Positions 19,766 through 29,112 of a DNA stretch of 64,000 nucleotides are shown in pieces (the first letter of the stretch is position 1; each line of letters begins with the position of its first letter). The translations under genes were made by a program, and so were the position numbers. Origin of the DNA: an uncultured delta proteobacterium (GTDB lineage Bacteria > Desulfobacterota > RBG-13-43-22); the NCBI GenBank assembly GCA_963790475.1, contig CAWBOS010000010.1, positions 960,001 through 1,024,000 of the forward strand, in the 5' to 3' direction. The notes under the pieces were generated by a model, which saw nothing but the letters and a program-made list of their open reading frames with translations, was not told the DNA's origin and did no database searches.

Positions 19766-21313
19766 GTGACCAACGGATATGTCCTTGGGGCTTTATTGGC
19801 TGGACTGATCATTGGGGCCGGATTAGTCTGGATGGTTTTTCGAATGAAAACCTCTCAGAAGATTTCTGAAGTCTTCCAACCCCTGCAATCGGAATTGGCG
19901 GTGGTCGGGGAACGGCTCAAAGCCCGAGATGCTGAACTTCAAGGGTTTTCAGCGGATAATCAAAAACTGGAATTGGAAATCCGACAACTAAGACAAACGC
20001 TCCTCCAAGAAGGCCAGGAAAAGGCCGCGGCTGTGAAAGAGGCCGAACAATTAACTGAACTCCGGGACCGCCTCCAAGACCGGGAAAAGGAACTCAAGAC
20101 CTTACGGGAGGAAGTCACCGCCTTGAAACAGGTACAAGCCGAGTTGGAAACCACCCTGCACAAGGAACGACAAGGCATGGAAGAGAAAATCGCCTTCTTG
20201 AATGAAGCCGCCGAAAAAATGGAGGATGCCTTCAAAGTCTTATCAGCCGAATGTTTGAAAAGTAATAACCAACAATTTTTAGACTTGGCCCGGGCCACTC
20301 TGGAAAAATATCAATCCGAGGCCAAAGGAGATCTGGAACAACGTCAAAAGGCCGTGGATAGCACCATCGCCCCATTGAAGGAAACCCTGGAAAAATACGT
20401 CCAACAGGTCCAGGCCATGGAAATGTCCCGTCAGCAGGCTTACGGGAGTCTGAGCCAGCATTTGGAAACTATGTCCATCACTGAAAAACAGCTTCAACAG
20501 GAAACCGGCAATTTGGTGAAGGCCTTGCGGTCACCCCAGGTTCGGGGAAGGTGGGGTGAAATCACTTTAAAACGAGTTGCCGAATTGGCTGGCATGTCTG
20601 AACATTGTGACTTTTTTGAGCAAGAATCGGTGAACAGCGAGGAAGGAAGGTTGAGGCCGGATATGATCGTTCGACTGCCCAACAAGAAATTGGTGGTCGT
20701 GGATTCCAAAGCCCCTCTGCAATCCTATCTGGATTCTCTCGAATCTCCGGCCGAAGAGGAGCGAAAGACGAAACTCGGGGATCATGCCCGCCTCATCCAA
20801 TCGCACATGCAGAAACTTTCCGCCAAGAATTACTGGGACCAGTTTCCCGAAGCCCCGGAATTTGTGATTCTTTTTTTGCCGGGAGAAAATTTTTTCAGCG
20901 CCGCCCTGGAGCAGAACCCCTATTTGATTGAAGAAGGGGTGAACCGGAAAGTTATTCTGGCTACACCCACCACCCTGATCACTCTTCTTCGGGCTGTAGC
21001 CTATGGCTGGCGTCAGGAGGCCCTGGCCGAAAATGCCCAAGCCATCAGTGAAATGGGAAAAACCCTTTTTGAAAGGCTGGTCAAGCTGGCCGCTCATTTT
21101 GCCGATTTAGGCCGGCATCTCGATAAATCCATCCATTCCTATAATGAGGCCGTCGGCTCTCTGGAAAGCCGGGTCCTTCCGGCTGCCCGGCGATTTAAAG
21201 AATTGGGCATCAGTTCCAAGGCCAATGTTCCCGAATTAAGCCCTTTGGAAAAAAAATCCCGTAATTTTCAGTCTCCCGAGCTTTATGCCGAAAAAGAAAG
21301 TGAAGACCTTTAA
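19766..21313 (+). CDS. rmuC: DNA recombination protein RmuC
   Basis: N-terminal TM, coiled coil, RGRWGE, LRPDMIVRLP, DSKAPL, PEFVILFLPGE, ATPTTL. Confidence 0.93.
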   Translation: MTNGYVLGALLAGLIIGAGLVWMVFRMKTSQKISEVFQPLQSELAVVGERLKARDAELQGFSADNQKLELEIRQLRQTLLQEGQEKAAAVKEAEQLTELRDRLQDREKELKTLREEVTALKQVQAELETTLHKERQGMEEKIAFLNEAAEKMEDAFKVLSAECLKSNNQQFLDLARATLEKYQSEAKGDLEQRQKAVDSTIAPLKETLEKYVQQVQAMEMSRQQAYGSLSQHLETMSITEKQLQQETGNLVKALRSPQVRGRWGEITLKRVAELAGMSEHCDFFEQESVNSEEGRLRPDMIVRLPNKKLVVVDSKAPLQSYLDSLESPAEEERKTKLGDHARLIQSHMQKLSAKNYWDQFPEAPEFVILFLPGENFFSAALEQNPYLIEEGVNRKVILATPTTLITLLRAVAYGWRQEALAENAQAISEMGKTLFERLVKLAAHFADLGRHLDKSIHSYNEAVGSLESRVLPAARRFKELGISSKANVPELSPLEKKSRNFQSPELYAEKESEDL

Positions 21314-21502
21314 TCATTGAAACGAAATCCGATGAGCCCGGGTCAGGAGGACGAAAATGGAAATTTCTGGTTTTTATTTTAGAGTTCATATAAAGTAATA
21401 AGTTATACGGAAAAAGGAAATCAGACTATATTGCCCAAAATCCTGGGATTGAAGTCTAAGGAAATTGTTTGAATTTTTCAAAACCCACGATGGAAGAACA
21501 CT

Positions 21503-22741
21503 ATGGAACCCATTGATAAAAGCACCATCCTCAATCAAATAGCCGCCAACGATTATCTGCCTTCCCTTTCCCCTTTAACCATACAATTAATCGGATTAGC
21601 CGCCGATGAACACAGTTCCATCCTGGATCTGACCCGAATCATCGAAAAGGACCCGGGATTAACTGCTCGCTTGCTGAAAATCGTCAATAGTGCTTTCTAT
21701 GCTCATCGGGAACCCATTTCTTCCATCTCCTATGCGGTTATGGTAGCCGGGTTTAATAAAATCCGGGTGATGGCTTTGAACATTTCTTTAAAGGACACCT
21801 TCCCGCTGGGTAAAGTGAGCGGTATGGATTATGACTTTTTCTGGAAAACCTCTCTCTACCGGGCCATTATTGCCCAGGGCCTGGTGAAAGGTTCCTATCT
21901 CAACGACCGGGTTGATTCTGAAGAAGTTTTTACCGCCGGACTGATCCTTGAAATCGGCATGCTGCTCCTATTTCATCTTTGCCCCGAACCTTTAAAAGAA
22001 TCCTTTCCGGGGGGGGATGTCCCTTTGGAAGAAGCCCTCCTCTGGGAGGAAGAACATATAGGAATCAACCACCGGGAACTCGGGCGTCAGACCCTTGAGC
22101 ACTGGCACTTTCCGGAACAGTTCATTGAAGTCCAAAAAATCTACGGACCGGAGGCCCTGCAGGAAGGAACTTCAGAATTATGCAAAATCTCGGAAATTGC
22201 CCGAGTCTGCACCCAGCTTTTTTTCGGGTTCAGGGATGATTTTGCTTTACTAAAGGAAATCTCAGGGCTGTTGAAAATGGATTTTGACCGGATAAGTGAA
22301 ATCCTTTCCGAAGCCTTTTTCCGGGTCGAGGAATTCGCCCGGGAACTCCGCCTGCAGATCAGTCCCAACCAGGACATGTTGGAGGTGATGGGAAAAGCCA
22401 ACCGGGCTTTGATCAAAATCAACGGTTCCCTGGAAGAGAATCTTGGAAAAATTGTCGGAATGGTTTCCGGCCAGGACAAAGAGACCGGACTTATCCCATC
22501 GGACCAGCCGGAAAAAGAAAAGAAAACATTTGAAACGGCTCTGGATGCGGTGGCCCATGAAATCCGAAACCCCCTGACGGTCATCGGCGGGTTCGCTCAG
22601 CGTATCATGAAGAAAGGTCATGAACAGGGTGATGTGGTCAAATATGCCGAATTAATCGCTCAAGAATCGCTTCGTCTGGAAAAGGTTTTGAATGATTTTA
22701 TGGATTCCACTACTTTCTCCCGGCCTTCGGAAAAAGATTAG
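21503..22741 (+). CDS. HDOD-domain protein with C-terminal HisKA (H-box) domain, no ATPase domain
   Basis: LPSLSP...DPGLTARLLKIVNSAFY (HDOD); VAHEIRNPLTVIGGFA (H-box); ends shortly after the DHp helices. Confidence 0.8.
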   Translation: MEPIDKSTILNQIAANDYLPSLSPLTIQLIGLAADEHSSILDLTRIIEKDPGLTARLLKIVNSAFYAHREPISSISYAVMVAGFNKIRVMALNISLKDTFPLGKVSGMDYDFFWKTSLYRAIIAQGLVKGSYLNDRVDSEEVFTAGLILEIGMLLLFHLCPEPLKESFPGGDVPLEEALLWEEEHIGINHRELGRQTLEHWHFPEQFIEVQKIYGPEALQEGTSELCKISEIARVCTQLFFGFRDDFALLKEISGLLKMDFDRISEILSEAFFRVEEFARELRLQISPNQDMLEVMGKANRALIKINGSLEENLGKIVGMVSGQDKETGLIPSDQPEKEKKTFETALDAVAHEIRNPLTVIGGFAQRIMKKGHEQGDVVKYAELIAQESLRLEKVLNDFMDSTTFSRPSEKD

Positions 22742-22868
22742 ATTTTTACATTCATAAAACCGAGAATTTATCTCCAGCATTTAATTTAAGGGCTAATCTT
22801 TCAAACATGTTTGGGTAAGCTTTCCCCGGAACGAGAAATCATCGAAACCTATCAAGGAGGAAAGAAAT

Positions 22869-23669
22869 ATGGACGAGTTAATCCAAAGAGCGGCGGAACA
22901 ATTAATAAAAAGCAACCATGCCATCACCTTGACCGGGGCGGGATGCTCCACCGAATCGGGAATTTCAGATTTTCGCGGACCAAACGGAATCTGGACCAAG
23001 AACCCCGAAGCCGAACGAAAGGCCAATCAGAGTTACGCCAAGTTCCAGCAAAACCCAAAAGAATACTGGAAAGATCGAATGGCCGGTGCTTCGCTTCTGG
23101 GGGATCTGACCAATGCCGTCCCCAATTCCGGGCATTATGCCCTGGCCGAACTGGAAAAAATGGGTATCCTGAAATGTGTAGTCACCCAGAATATCGACAA
23201 CCTGCACCAGAAAGCCGGAAGTGAAAAAGTCTTGGATTATCATGGAAATATTTCTTTACTGCGATGTGCTTCCTGTGACACCCGGTTTAATCCCCTGGAA
23301 TTCGATCTGGATCGCTTATTGGCGGAGGATCAACTACCGCCCTTATGCCGAAAATGCAATGGGGTCCTGAAGTCCGATGTGGTCCATTTCCATGAGGCCA
23401 TTCCCACGGATGTTGCCCGGGAAAGTCAGAAAGAAGCCGAAAAATGCGACCTCATGTTGATCTGTGGGACCTCGGCCGTGGTTTACCCCTTTGCTTATTT
23501 ACCCAGAATGGCCAGACAGCGCCAATCAGGGAAAAGAACCGTTATCATTGAAATCAATGCCGATCCCACACCTTTGACCGAAGAAGGGATATCGGATTAC
23601 CTGATCCAGGGCAAAACCGGCATAATCTTGCCGAAAATCGCGGAAGAGGTTAAAAGAAGAATTGGTTAA
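22869..23669 (+). CDS. cobB: Sir2/CobB NAD-dependent protein deacylase
   Basis: GAGCSTESGISDFRG, TQNIDNLH, YHG, two CxxC Zn motifs, GTSAVVYP. Confidence 0.9.
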   Translation: MDELIQRAAEQLIKSNHAITLTGAGCSTESGISDFRGPNGIWTKNPEAERKANQSYAKFQQNPKEYWKDRMAGASLLGDLTNAVPNSGHYALAELEKMGILKCVVTQNIDNLHQKAGSEKVLDYHGNISLLRCASCDTRFNPLEFDLDRLLAEDQLPPLCRKCNGVLKSDVVHFHEAIPTDVARESQKEAEKCDLMLICGTSAVVYPFAYLPRMARQRQSGKRTVIIEINADPTPLTEEGISDYLIQGKTGIILPKIAEEVKRRIG

Positions 23670-23739
23670 TATCTTTTTTCACTCCGGGTCTCAATGCTGT
23701 CCCGATTAGTTCGGCAATGAACCTCCGAAGGAGACCGCA

Positions 23740-24594
23740 ATGAACTTGAAAGGAAGCCAAACAGAAAAAAATCTTGAAATGGCCTTCGCCGCAGAATCAA
23801 AAGCCCGAAATGCCTATACGTATTACGCCGAAGCCGCTCGGAAGGCGGGTCATCCCCTGGTGGCTGATGTATTCCTGGAAATTGCCAAAAATGAAGAAGA
23901 GCACGCCAGGGGTCATTTGGAATTCCTTGAAAAGATCCGGGATACCCAAACCAATTTGGAGGCTGCGGTTCACGGCGAACATTACGATGCCACCTCGATC
24001 TACCCTGATTTTGCCAGGACCGCTCGAGAAGAAGGGTTTAAAGCTATTGCCGATTATTTTGAACGAATGACTAAGATAGAGGCCAAACATGAAACAATAA
24101 TCCAGAATCTTCTTAGACTCTTAAAAGAGGGCGAGACCCTCAAGGAAAGGACCGCCGGACATTCCGCCATAACCCTGGTCGAGGTAATGTTGCCGCATCA
24201 GGGCAACGTTGCCGGCAATGTTCATGGGGGGGAGATCATGAAAATGATGGATACCGCCGCCGGGGTTGTTGCTGCACGCCATGCCCATTCCAATGTGGTG
24301 ACGGCCAAAGTTGAAGAATTGAATTTTCTGAGGCCGGTGCATATCGGAGAACTGGTTTTCGCTAAAGCCACCCTAACCTTTGTCAGTCGGACCTCGATGG
24401 AAGTTCTGGTTGAGGTCGAGACCGAGAATCTGGCAACGGAAGAACGACACATAGCCCTGACGGCCTCTTTTATTTATGTATCTCTGGATCAAACCGGGAA
24501 ATCTATAATGGTTCCCCCCCTTCTTATTACCACCGAAGAAGGTGAAAGACTTTTCGAGGAAGGGCGAAAACGATACGAAAACCGGAAGAAATAG
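23740..24594 (+). CDS. Rubrerythrin diiron domain fused to hotdog acyl-CoA thioesterase
   Basis: N-term LKGSQTEKNL..AFAAES, EEEH, EAKH; C-term NVAGNVHGGEIMKMMD, FLRPVHIG, RTSMEV. Confidence 0.85.
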   Translation: MNLKGSQTEKNLEMAFAAESKARNAYTYYAEAARKAGHPLVADVFLEIAKNEEEHARGHLEFLEKIRDTQTNLEAAVHGEHYDATSIYPDFARTAREEGFKAIADYFERMTKIEAKHETIIQNLLRLLKEGETLKERTAGHSAITLVEVMLPHQGNVAGNVHGGEIMKMMDTAAGVVAARHAHSNVVTAKVEELNFLRPVHIGELVFAKATLTFVSRTSMEVLVEVETENLATEERHIALTASFIYVSLDQTGKSIMVPPLLITTEEGERLFEEGRKRYENRKK

Positions 24595-24649
24595 TTAGAC
24601 TCCTCACCCGATACCCGATTGAAATCAACTCCCGAAAAGGAACATTCCA

Positions 24650-24852
24650 ATGGCTAATCAAAAAGTTCCTGTCAAACATTACCAGCGTCTGTCCAAACTC
24701 TTTCCAGAAGCCATCTCCGCCCTTGAGAATTTGGGCTCTGCCATCCACAATTCCGGTCCAATAAGAGGAAAAACGGCAGAACTCATTCAACTGGCAGGAG
24801 CGGCGGCCGTACAATCAGAGGGGTCGGTCCATTCTCATACTCGCCGGGCTGC
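24650..24852 (+). pseudogene. Carboxymuconolactone decarboxylase (CMD/AhpD-like) gene truncated by IS200 relic
   Basis: ELIQLAGAAAVQSEGSVHSHTRRA typical of small CMD proteins; homology stops where IS sequence starts. Confidence 0.7.
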
Positions 24853-25164
24853 CCTTTTGAACATTCAACTCCTGGAACTTCACAACCGGCATATCCGCAA
24901 ATCGCCTGAATCCCGTTGCCGATCATTTCTCCTACATTCCCAGCCAATATCCTTTAGCGATATTTCGGAACCCAGATAATATGATACTGACAATGCCATA
25001 TCGTAGGTGATAACTTTCGAAATCTACTCACTGCTGTCTCCTTTCATTCGAGATTGCGGCAACAACTCGATGGAAAACATAGCAGTGAGTGGGCTTTCAG
25101 CCAAGCCCATTCAGGACCGGCATAGCCAGTCTACATGACCCCGCCCTTAGGGCGGGGGTTTCTA
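24853..25164 (-). mobile_element. Truncated, degenerate IS200 copy (left end + 5' tnpA)
   Basis: Reverse complement closely matches 11221-11531 including the left hairpin; has in-frame TAA and a 1-nt insertion. Confidence 0.9.
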
Positions 25165-25198
25165 CATCAAACTAAACCCTATTGCACCGGAGTAAATA

Positions 25199-25690
25199 AT
25201 GCCTATCACTTTAGAACCCATGACCGCTGCCGACCGCATACCGGTTATAGAGATTTTTAATTTTTACATCGAAAAAAGTTTTGCCGCCTATCTTGATCGG
25301 AAGGTCCCCTATAACTTCTTTGATAGTCTTCTAAAAGCCGGAGAAGGTTATTCGGCCATTGTGGCTAAAGATGAAACAGGTGAGGTGTTGGGATTCGGAA
25401 TGCTCAGGGCCTACCATTCCTTTCCGGCCTTCTCCAGAACAGCAGAAATTTCCTATTTCATCAAGCCCGAATGGACCAGAAAAGGTGTGGGGGACTTGAT
25501 GTTAACCCACCTTATCCGAAAAGCGGAGGGAAAAGGCATTACCTCCCTCCTGGCCAGCATTTCCTCCCTTAATGAACCGAGTATCCGTTTCCACAAAAAA
25601 AACGGATTCATGGAATGTGGACGGTTCAAAAAAATCGGAGAAAAAAAAGGACTGTTGTTTGATGTAGTTTATATGCAAAAGATGCTTTAA
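25199..25690 (+). CDS. GNAT acetyltransferase (YncA/phosphinothricin acetyltransferase-like)
   Basis: TAEISYFI, RKGVG, NEPSIRFHKKNGF, DVVYMQKML. Confidence 0.85.
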   Translation: MPITLEPMTAADRIPVIEIFNFYIEKSFAAYLDRKVPYNFFDSLLKAGEGYSAIVAKDETGEVLGFGMLRAYHSFPAFSRTAEISYFIKPEWTRKGVGDLMLTHLIRKAEGKGITSLLASISSLNEPSIRFHKKNGFMECGRFKKIGEKKGLLFDVVYMQKML

Positions 25691-25846
25691 TCCATCCCTT
25701 CTCTATCACTGCCTGCAAACAACAATCATTCCGAATTTACATAACTACAACAAATTCTGGACAAGAGGTAAAAAATTTTATATAATTTCTTTATTAGTAT
25801 TTAATAGGTTAAGCCAAACCAACTAAGGGAAATCAAGCAGGAATTC

Positions 25847-27112
25847 ATGGTCATTCAAGCCTTAAAAGGATTTAAAGACATTCTGCCCGGGGAAGCGGAG
25901 AAATGGGTCTTTATGGAAGAAACGGCCCGCAGGATCTTTCGGACCTTCGGGTTTTCCGAAATAAGAACCCCGGTAATTGAAAAAACCGATCTTTTTGTCC
26001 GTTCCATCGGGTCTTATACCGATATCGTAGAAAAGGAAATGTACACTATTATTGACCGAAGCGGGGATTCGATCACCATAAGACCTGAGGCTACGGCCTC
26101 GGTGCTGCGGGCCTTTATCGAACATAACCTGCAGAGTCAACAGCCGGTTCACAAACTTTTTTCTATCGGCCCCATGTTCCGGCACGAACGCCCGCAAAAA
26201 GGACGATTACGGCAGTTTCATCAGATCAATGCCGAATATATAGGGACCCCCAGCCCTTGCGCCGATGCGGAAATTATTTATTTGTTGATTCAACTCCTGG
26301 ATCATATGGGTCTTCAGGAGACTCGCTTACGAATCAATTCCCTGGGCTGTCCGCTTTGCCGGCCATCTTTCTCTTCGGCGTTGCAGGATTTTTTAGAGGA
26401 ACAGAAGTCATCGTTATGCCCGGATTGTCAACGCCGGATGGTTTACAACCCGTTGCGGGTCTTTGACTGCAAGGTGGACCGCTGCCAGGAGGTTATGACC
26501 AAAGCCCCAACGATTATGGCCTTTAATTGCCCGGATTGTCAAAGTCACTATGATCGGGTATTGGAACTTATCGCCGAACTTTCCATCCCGGTTCAATCGG
26601 ATCCACGGTTGGTCCGTGGCCTGGATTATTACTGCCGGACCACATTTGAGGTCAGTGCCAGCCATCTTGGGGCCCAGGATGCCGTGGCCGGCGGAGGTCG
26701 TTATGATGGTTTGATGCAGCAATTGGGAGGCCCGGATCTGCCGGCCATCGGTTTTGCCATCGGCCTGGAACGAGCGGCCCTTTTATTATCCACTCAGGAA
26801 GAATGGATAAACAGGCCTTTTGTCTATCTGATCCCCCTGGGGGCAGAGGCCCGTCAAAAGGCCTTCAATCTTTTGACGACCCTTTACAAAAAAGAAATAC
26901 CGGCCATGATGGATTATGAGGAGAAAAGTCTGAAAAGTCAGCTCAAGCGGGCGGATAAGGCCAAAAGTCCTTATGTGGCTATTATGGGAACCGAAGAACT
27001 GAACAAAGATCAAATCCTTATCCGAAATCTGAACACTCAGAACCAGGAAAGCATCCCGATCCCCCAATTTTTGGATTATTTCTTGGAAAGATACCATAAA
27101 AAAAAGGTATAA
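25847..27112 (+). CDS. hisS: Histidine--tRNA ligase
   Basis: KEMY, RPEATAS, FRHERPQKGRLRQFHQ, LVRGLDYY, GGGRYD, GFAIGLER. Confidence 0.97.
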   Translation: MVIQALKGFKDILPGEAEKWVFMEETARRIFRTFGFSEIRTPVIEKTDLFVRSIGSYTDIVEKEMYTIIDRSGDSITIRPEATASVLRAFIEHNLQSQQPVHKLFSIGPMFRHERPQKGRLRQFHQINAEYIGTPSPCADAEIIYLLIQLLDHMGLQETRLRINSLGCPLCRPSFSSALQDFLEEQKSSLCPDCQRRMVYNPLRVFDCKVDRCQEVMTKAPTIMAFNCPDCQSHYDRVLELIAELSIPVQSDPRLVRGLDYYCRTTFEVSASHLGAQDAVAGGGRYDGLMQQLGGPDLPAIGFAIGLERAALLLSTQEEWINRPFVYLIPLGAEARQKAFNLLTTLYKKEIPAMMDYEEKSLKSQLKRADKAKSPYVAIMGTEELNKDQILIRNLNTQNQESIPIPQFLDYFLERYHKKKV

Positions 27113-27198
27113 GGTTCAAGGTCTACGGTTCAAGGCAAAGTTATATTTAACGTTTAAATCTTATTGCCTTACACCGTATCCCGTGTACCGTGCACCTT
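27104..27198. repeat. Heptamer-periodic inverted repeat element between hisS and aspS
   Basis: AAGGTAT AAGGTTC AAGGTCT ACGGTTC AAGGCAA, AT-rich loop, TTGCCTT ACACCGT ATCCCGT GTACCGT GCACCTT. Confidence 0.8.
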
Positions 27199-27217
27199 CA
27201 AGATCAAGGAGAAATCA

Positions 27218-28999
27218 TTGACTGAAACCAAACCGATTGGGCAACGGACCCATGACTGCGGGACTCTGACTGCCCGGGATATCGGCCAAGAAGTGACCTT
27301 GGCCGGATGGGTGGATACCCGCCGCGACCACGGGGGGCTTATCTTTATCGACCTCCGCGACCGGGCCGGCATCACCCAGGTGGTATTCAACCCGGAAATC
27401 AACGACGCCGTCCATCAGCAGGCCCATCAACTGCGCAGTGAATATTGCATCACCATTCAAGGGAAAGTACGTTCCCGCCCTGAAGGCATGGCCAACCCCA
27501 ATCTGAAAACAGGGGAAATCGAGGTCATGGTTAACTCCTATCAATTACTTAATACCTCCAAGACCCCTCCCTTTACCCTGGAGGACACGGCCGAAGTCTC
27601 CGAGGCCGTGCGTTTGCGTTACCGCTACCTGGACCTGCGCCGTCCGAACCTGCAAAAAAATTTCTTTAGGCGTCACCAGGTGATCCGGTTCATCCGCAAT
27701 TTCCTTGATCAAAAGGGATTCTATGATGTGGAAACTCCCTTTCTGACGAAAAGCACCCCGGAAGGGGCACGGGACTATCTGGTCCCCAGCCGGGTACAGC
27801 AAGGTAAGTTCTTCGCTTTACCCCAGTCGCCTCAACTTTTCAAACAACTCCTAATGGTGGCCGGTTTCGATCGTTATTACCAGATAGTCCGTTGTTTCCG
27901 GGATGAAGACCTGCGTGCCGATCGTCAGCCGGAGTTCACCCAGTTGGACATGGAAATGTCCTTTATTTATGAAGATGACATTTACGTTTTAATTGAAGAT
28001 CTTATCTGTAATTTATTCAAGGAAATTCTTGGAATTGAAATCTCCCGGCCCATCCGCCGCCTGACCTATGAAGAGGCCCTGAGCCGCTATGGAACCGACC
28101 GTCCGGACCTGAGGTTCGGGTTGGAAATAACAGACCTGACCCCCCTGGTCAAGGATTCCGAGGTCAAGGTCTTTGTCGAAATCGCCCAAAAGGGGGGTTG
28201 CATCAAGGCCATTTGCGTTCCGGGAGGGGCCTCATTTTCCCGTAAGGAACTGGACGATCTGACCGCCCTGGCCCAAAGTTGGGGAGCCAAAGGTCTGGCC
28301 TGGGCCAAGATTAATCCCGAGGGATGGCAATCTCCGCTGGCCAAATTCTTTAAAGAAGAAGAACGAAGCACCATAGATCGGACCCTTGACGCCCATCCTG
28401 GAGACTTGATCCTCTTTCAGGCCGATGTCCCTTCAGTGGTCCATGAAGTATTGGGGAAAATCCGCCTTCATCTCGGCCAGAGGCTTGCCCTAGCCCAAGA
28501 CCGGTTCGAATTTACCTGGGTTACCCAATTCCCACTTTTGGAATACCGGGTGGAAGAGGGCCGTTACGGAGCGGTTCATCATCCCTTTACCGCCCCTTTG
28601 GAGGAGGACCTCCCTATCCTGGAATCCCGGCCGGAGAAGGTCCGTTCCCGGGCCTACGACCTGGTCCTGAATGGAAATGAAATCGGCGGCGGCAGTATCC
28701 GTATTCACCAACGGGCTTTGCAGGAGCGGATATTCAGCGTTTTGAAAATTTCTCCGGAAGAAGCCGAGGAAAAATTCGGTTTTCTTTTAGAGGCCCTGGA
28801 GATGGGTGCCCCGCCCCACGGCGGGATCGCCTTCGGAATGGACCGACTTGTCATGCTCATGACCGGAGCCCAATCCTTGAGGGAGGTCATCGCCTTTCCC
28901 AAGACCCAAAAGGCGGTCTGCCCCTTGACCAATGCCCCCACCAGTGTCAGCAGGGTTCAATTGAATGAACTAGGGTTGAGGTTGGATATAAAGAAATGA
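27218..28999 (+). CDS. aspS: Aspartate--tRNA ligase (likely non-discriminating)
   Basis: RRDHGGLIFIDLRD, PEGARDY, FRDEDLRADRQPEFTQ, PPHGGIAFGMDR; AAGGAG RBS before TTG 27218. Confidence 0.96.
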   Translation: MTETKPIGQRTHDCGTLTARDIGQEVTLAGWVDTRRDHGGLIFIDLRDRAGITQVVFNPEINDAVHQQAHQLRSEYCITIQGKVRSRPEGMANPNLKTGEIEVMVNSYQLLNTSKTPPFTLEDTAEVSEAVRLRYRYLDLRRPNLQKNFFRRHQVIRFIRNFLDQKGFYDVETPFLTKSTPEGARDYLVPSRVQQGKFFALPQSPQLFKQLLMVAGFDRYYQIVRCFRDEDLRADRQPEFTQLDMEMSFIYEDDIYVLIEDLICNLFKEILGIEISRPIRRLTYEEALSRYGTDRPDLRFGLEITDLTPLVKDSEVKVFVEIAQKGGCIKAICVPGGASFSRKELDDLTALAQSWGAKGLAWAKINPEGWQSPLAKFFKEEERSTIDRTLDAHPGDLILFQADVPSVVHEVLGKIRLHLGQRLALAQDRFEFTWVTQFPLLEYRVEEGRYGAVHHPFTAPLEEDLPILESRPEKVRSRAYDLVLNGNEIGGGSIRIHQRALQERIFSVLKISPEEAEEKFGFLLEALEMGAPPHGGIAFGMDRLVMLMTGAQSLREVIAFPKTQKAVCPLTNAPTSVSRVQLNELGLRLDIKK

Positions 29000-29003
29000 A
29001 AAG

Positions 29004-29090
29004 AACGTTCGGCGTTCATCGTTCGTCGAAAAAGGAAAAATAATTTAGGTTTTATAATCGACGAACGACGAACGCTCAACGCTGAACGGT
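29004..29090. repeat. Heptamer-periodic inverted repeat element after aspS
   Basis: AACGTTC GGCGTTC ATCGTTC GTCGA / TCGAC GAACGAC GAACGCT CAACGCT GAACGGT around AT-rich spacer. Confidence 0.75.
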
Positions 29091-29112
29091 ATGACGATAC
29101 GGAGGTACACCA

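Noticed and set aside
22869-23669. Sir2 gene as an antiphage defence component (Thoeris, DSR, pAgo-linked)
   Set aside because: Canonical Zn-binding CobB-type deacylase of normal length; no TIR, HerA or Argonaute neighbour
19614-29090. Intergenic repeats as a CRISPR array
   Set aside because: Units are 7 nt, degenerate and contiguous, with no unique spacers; no cas genes in the window
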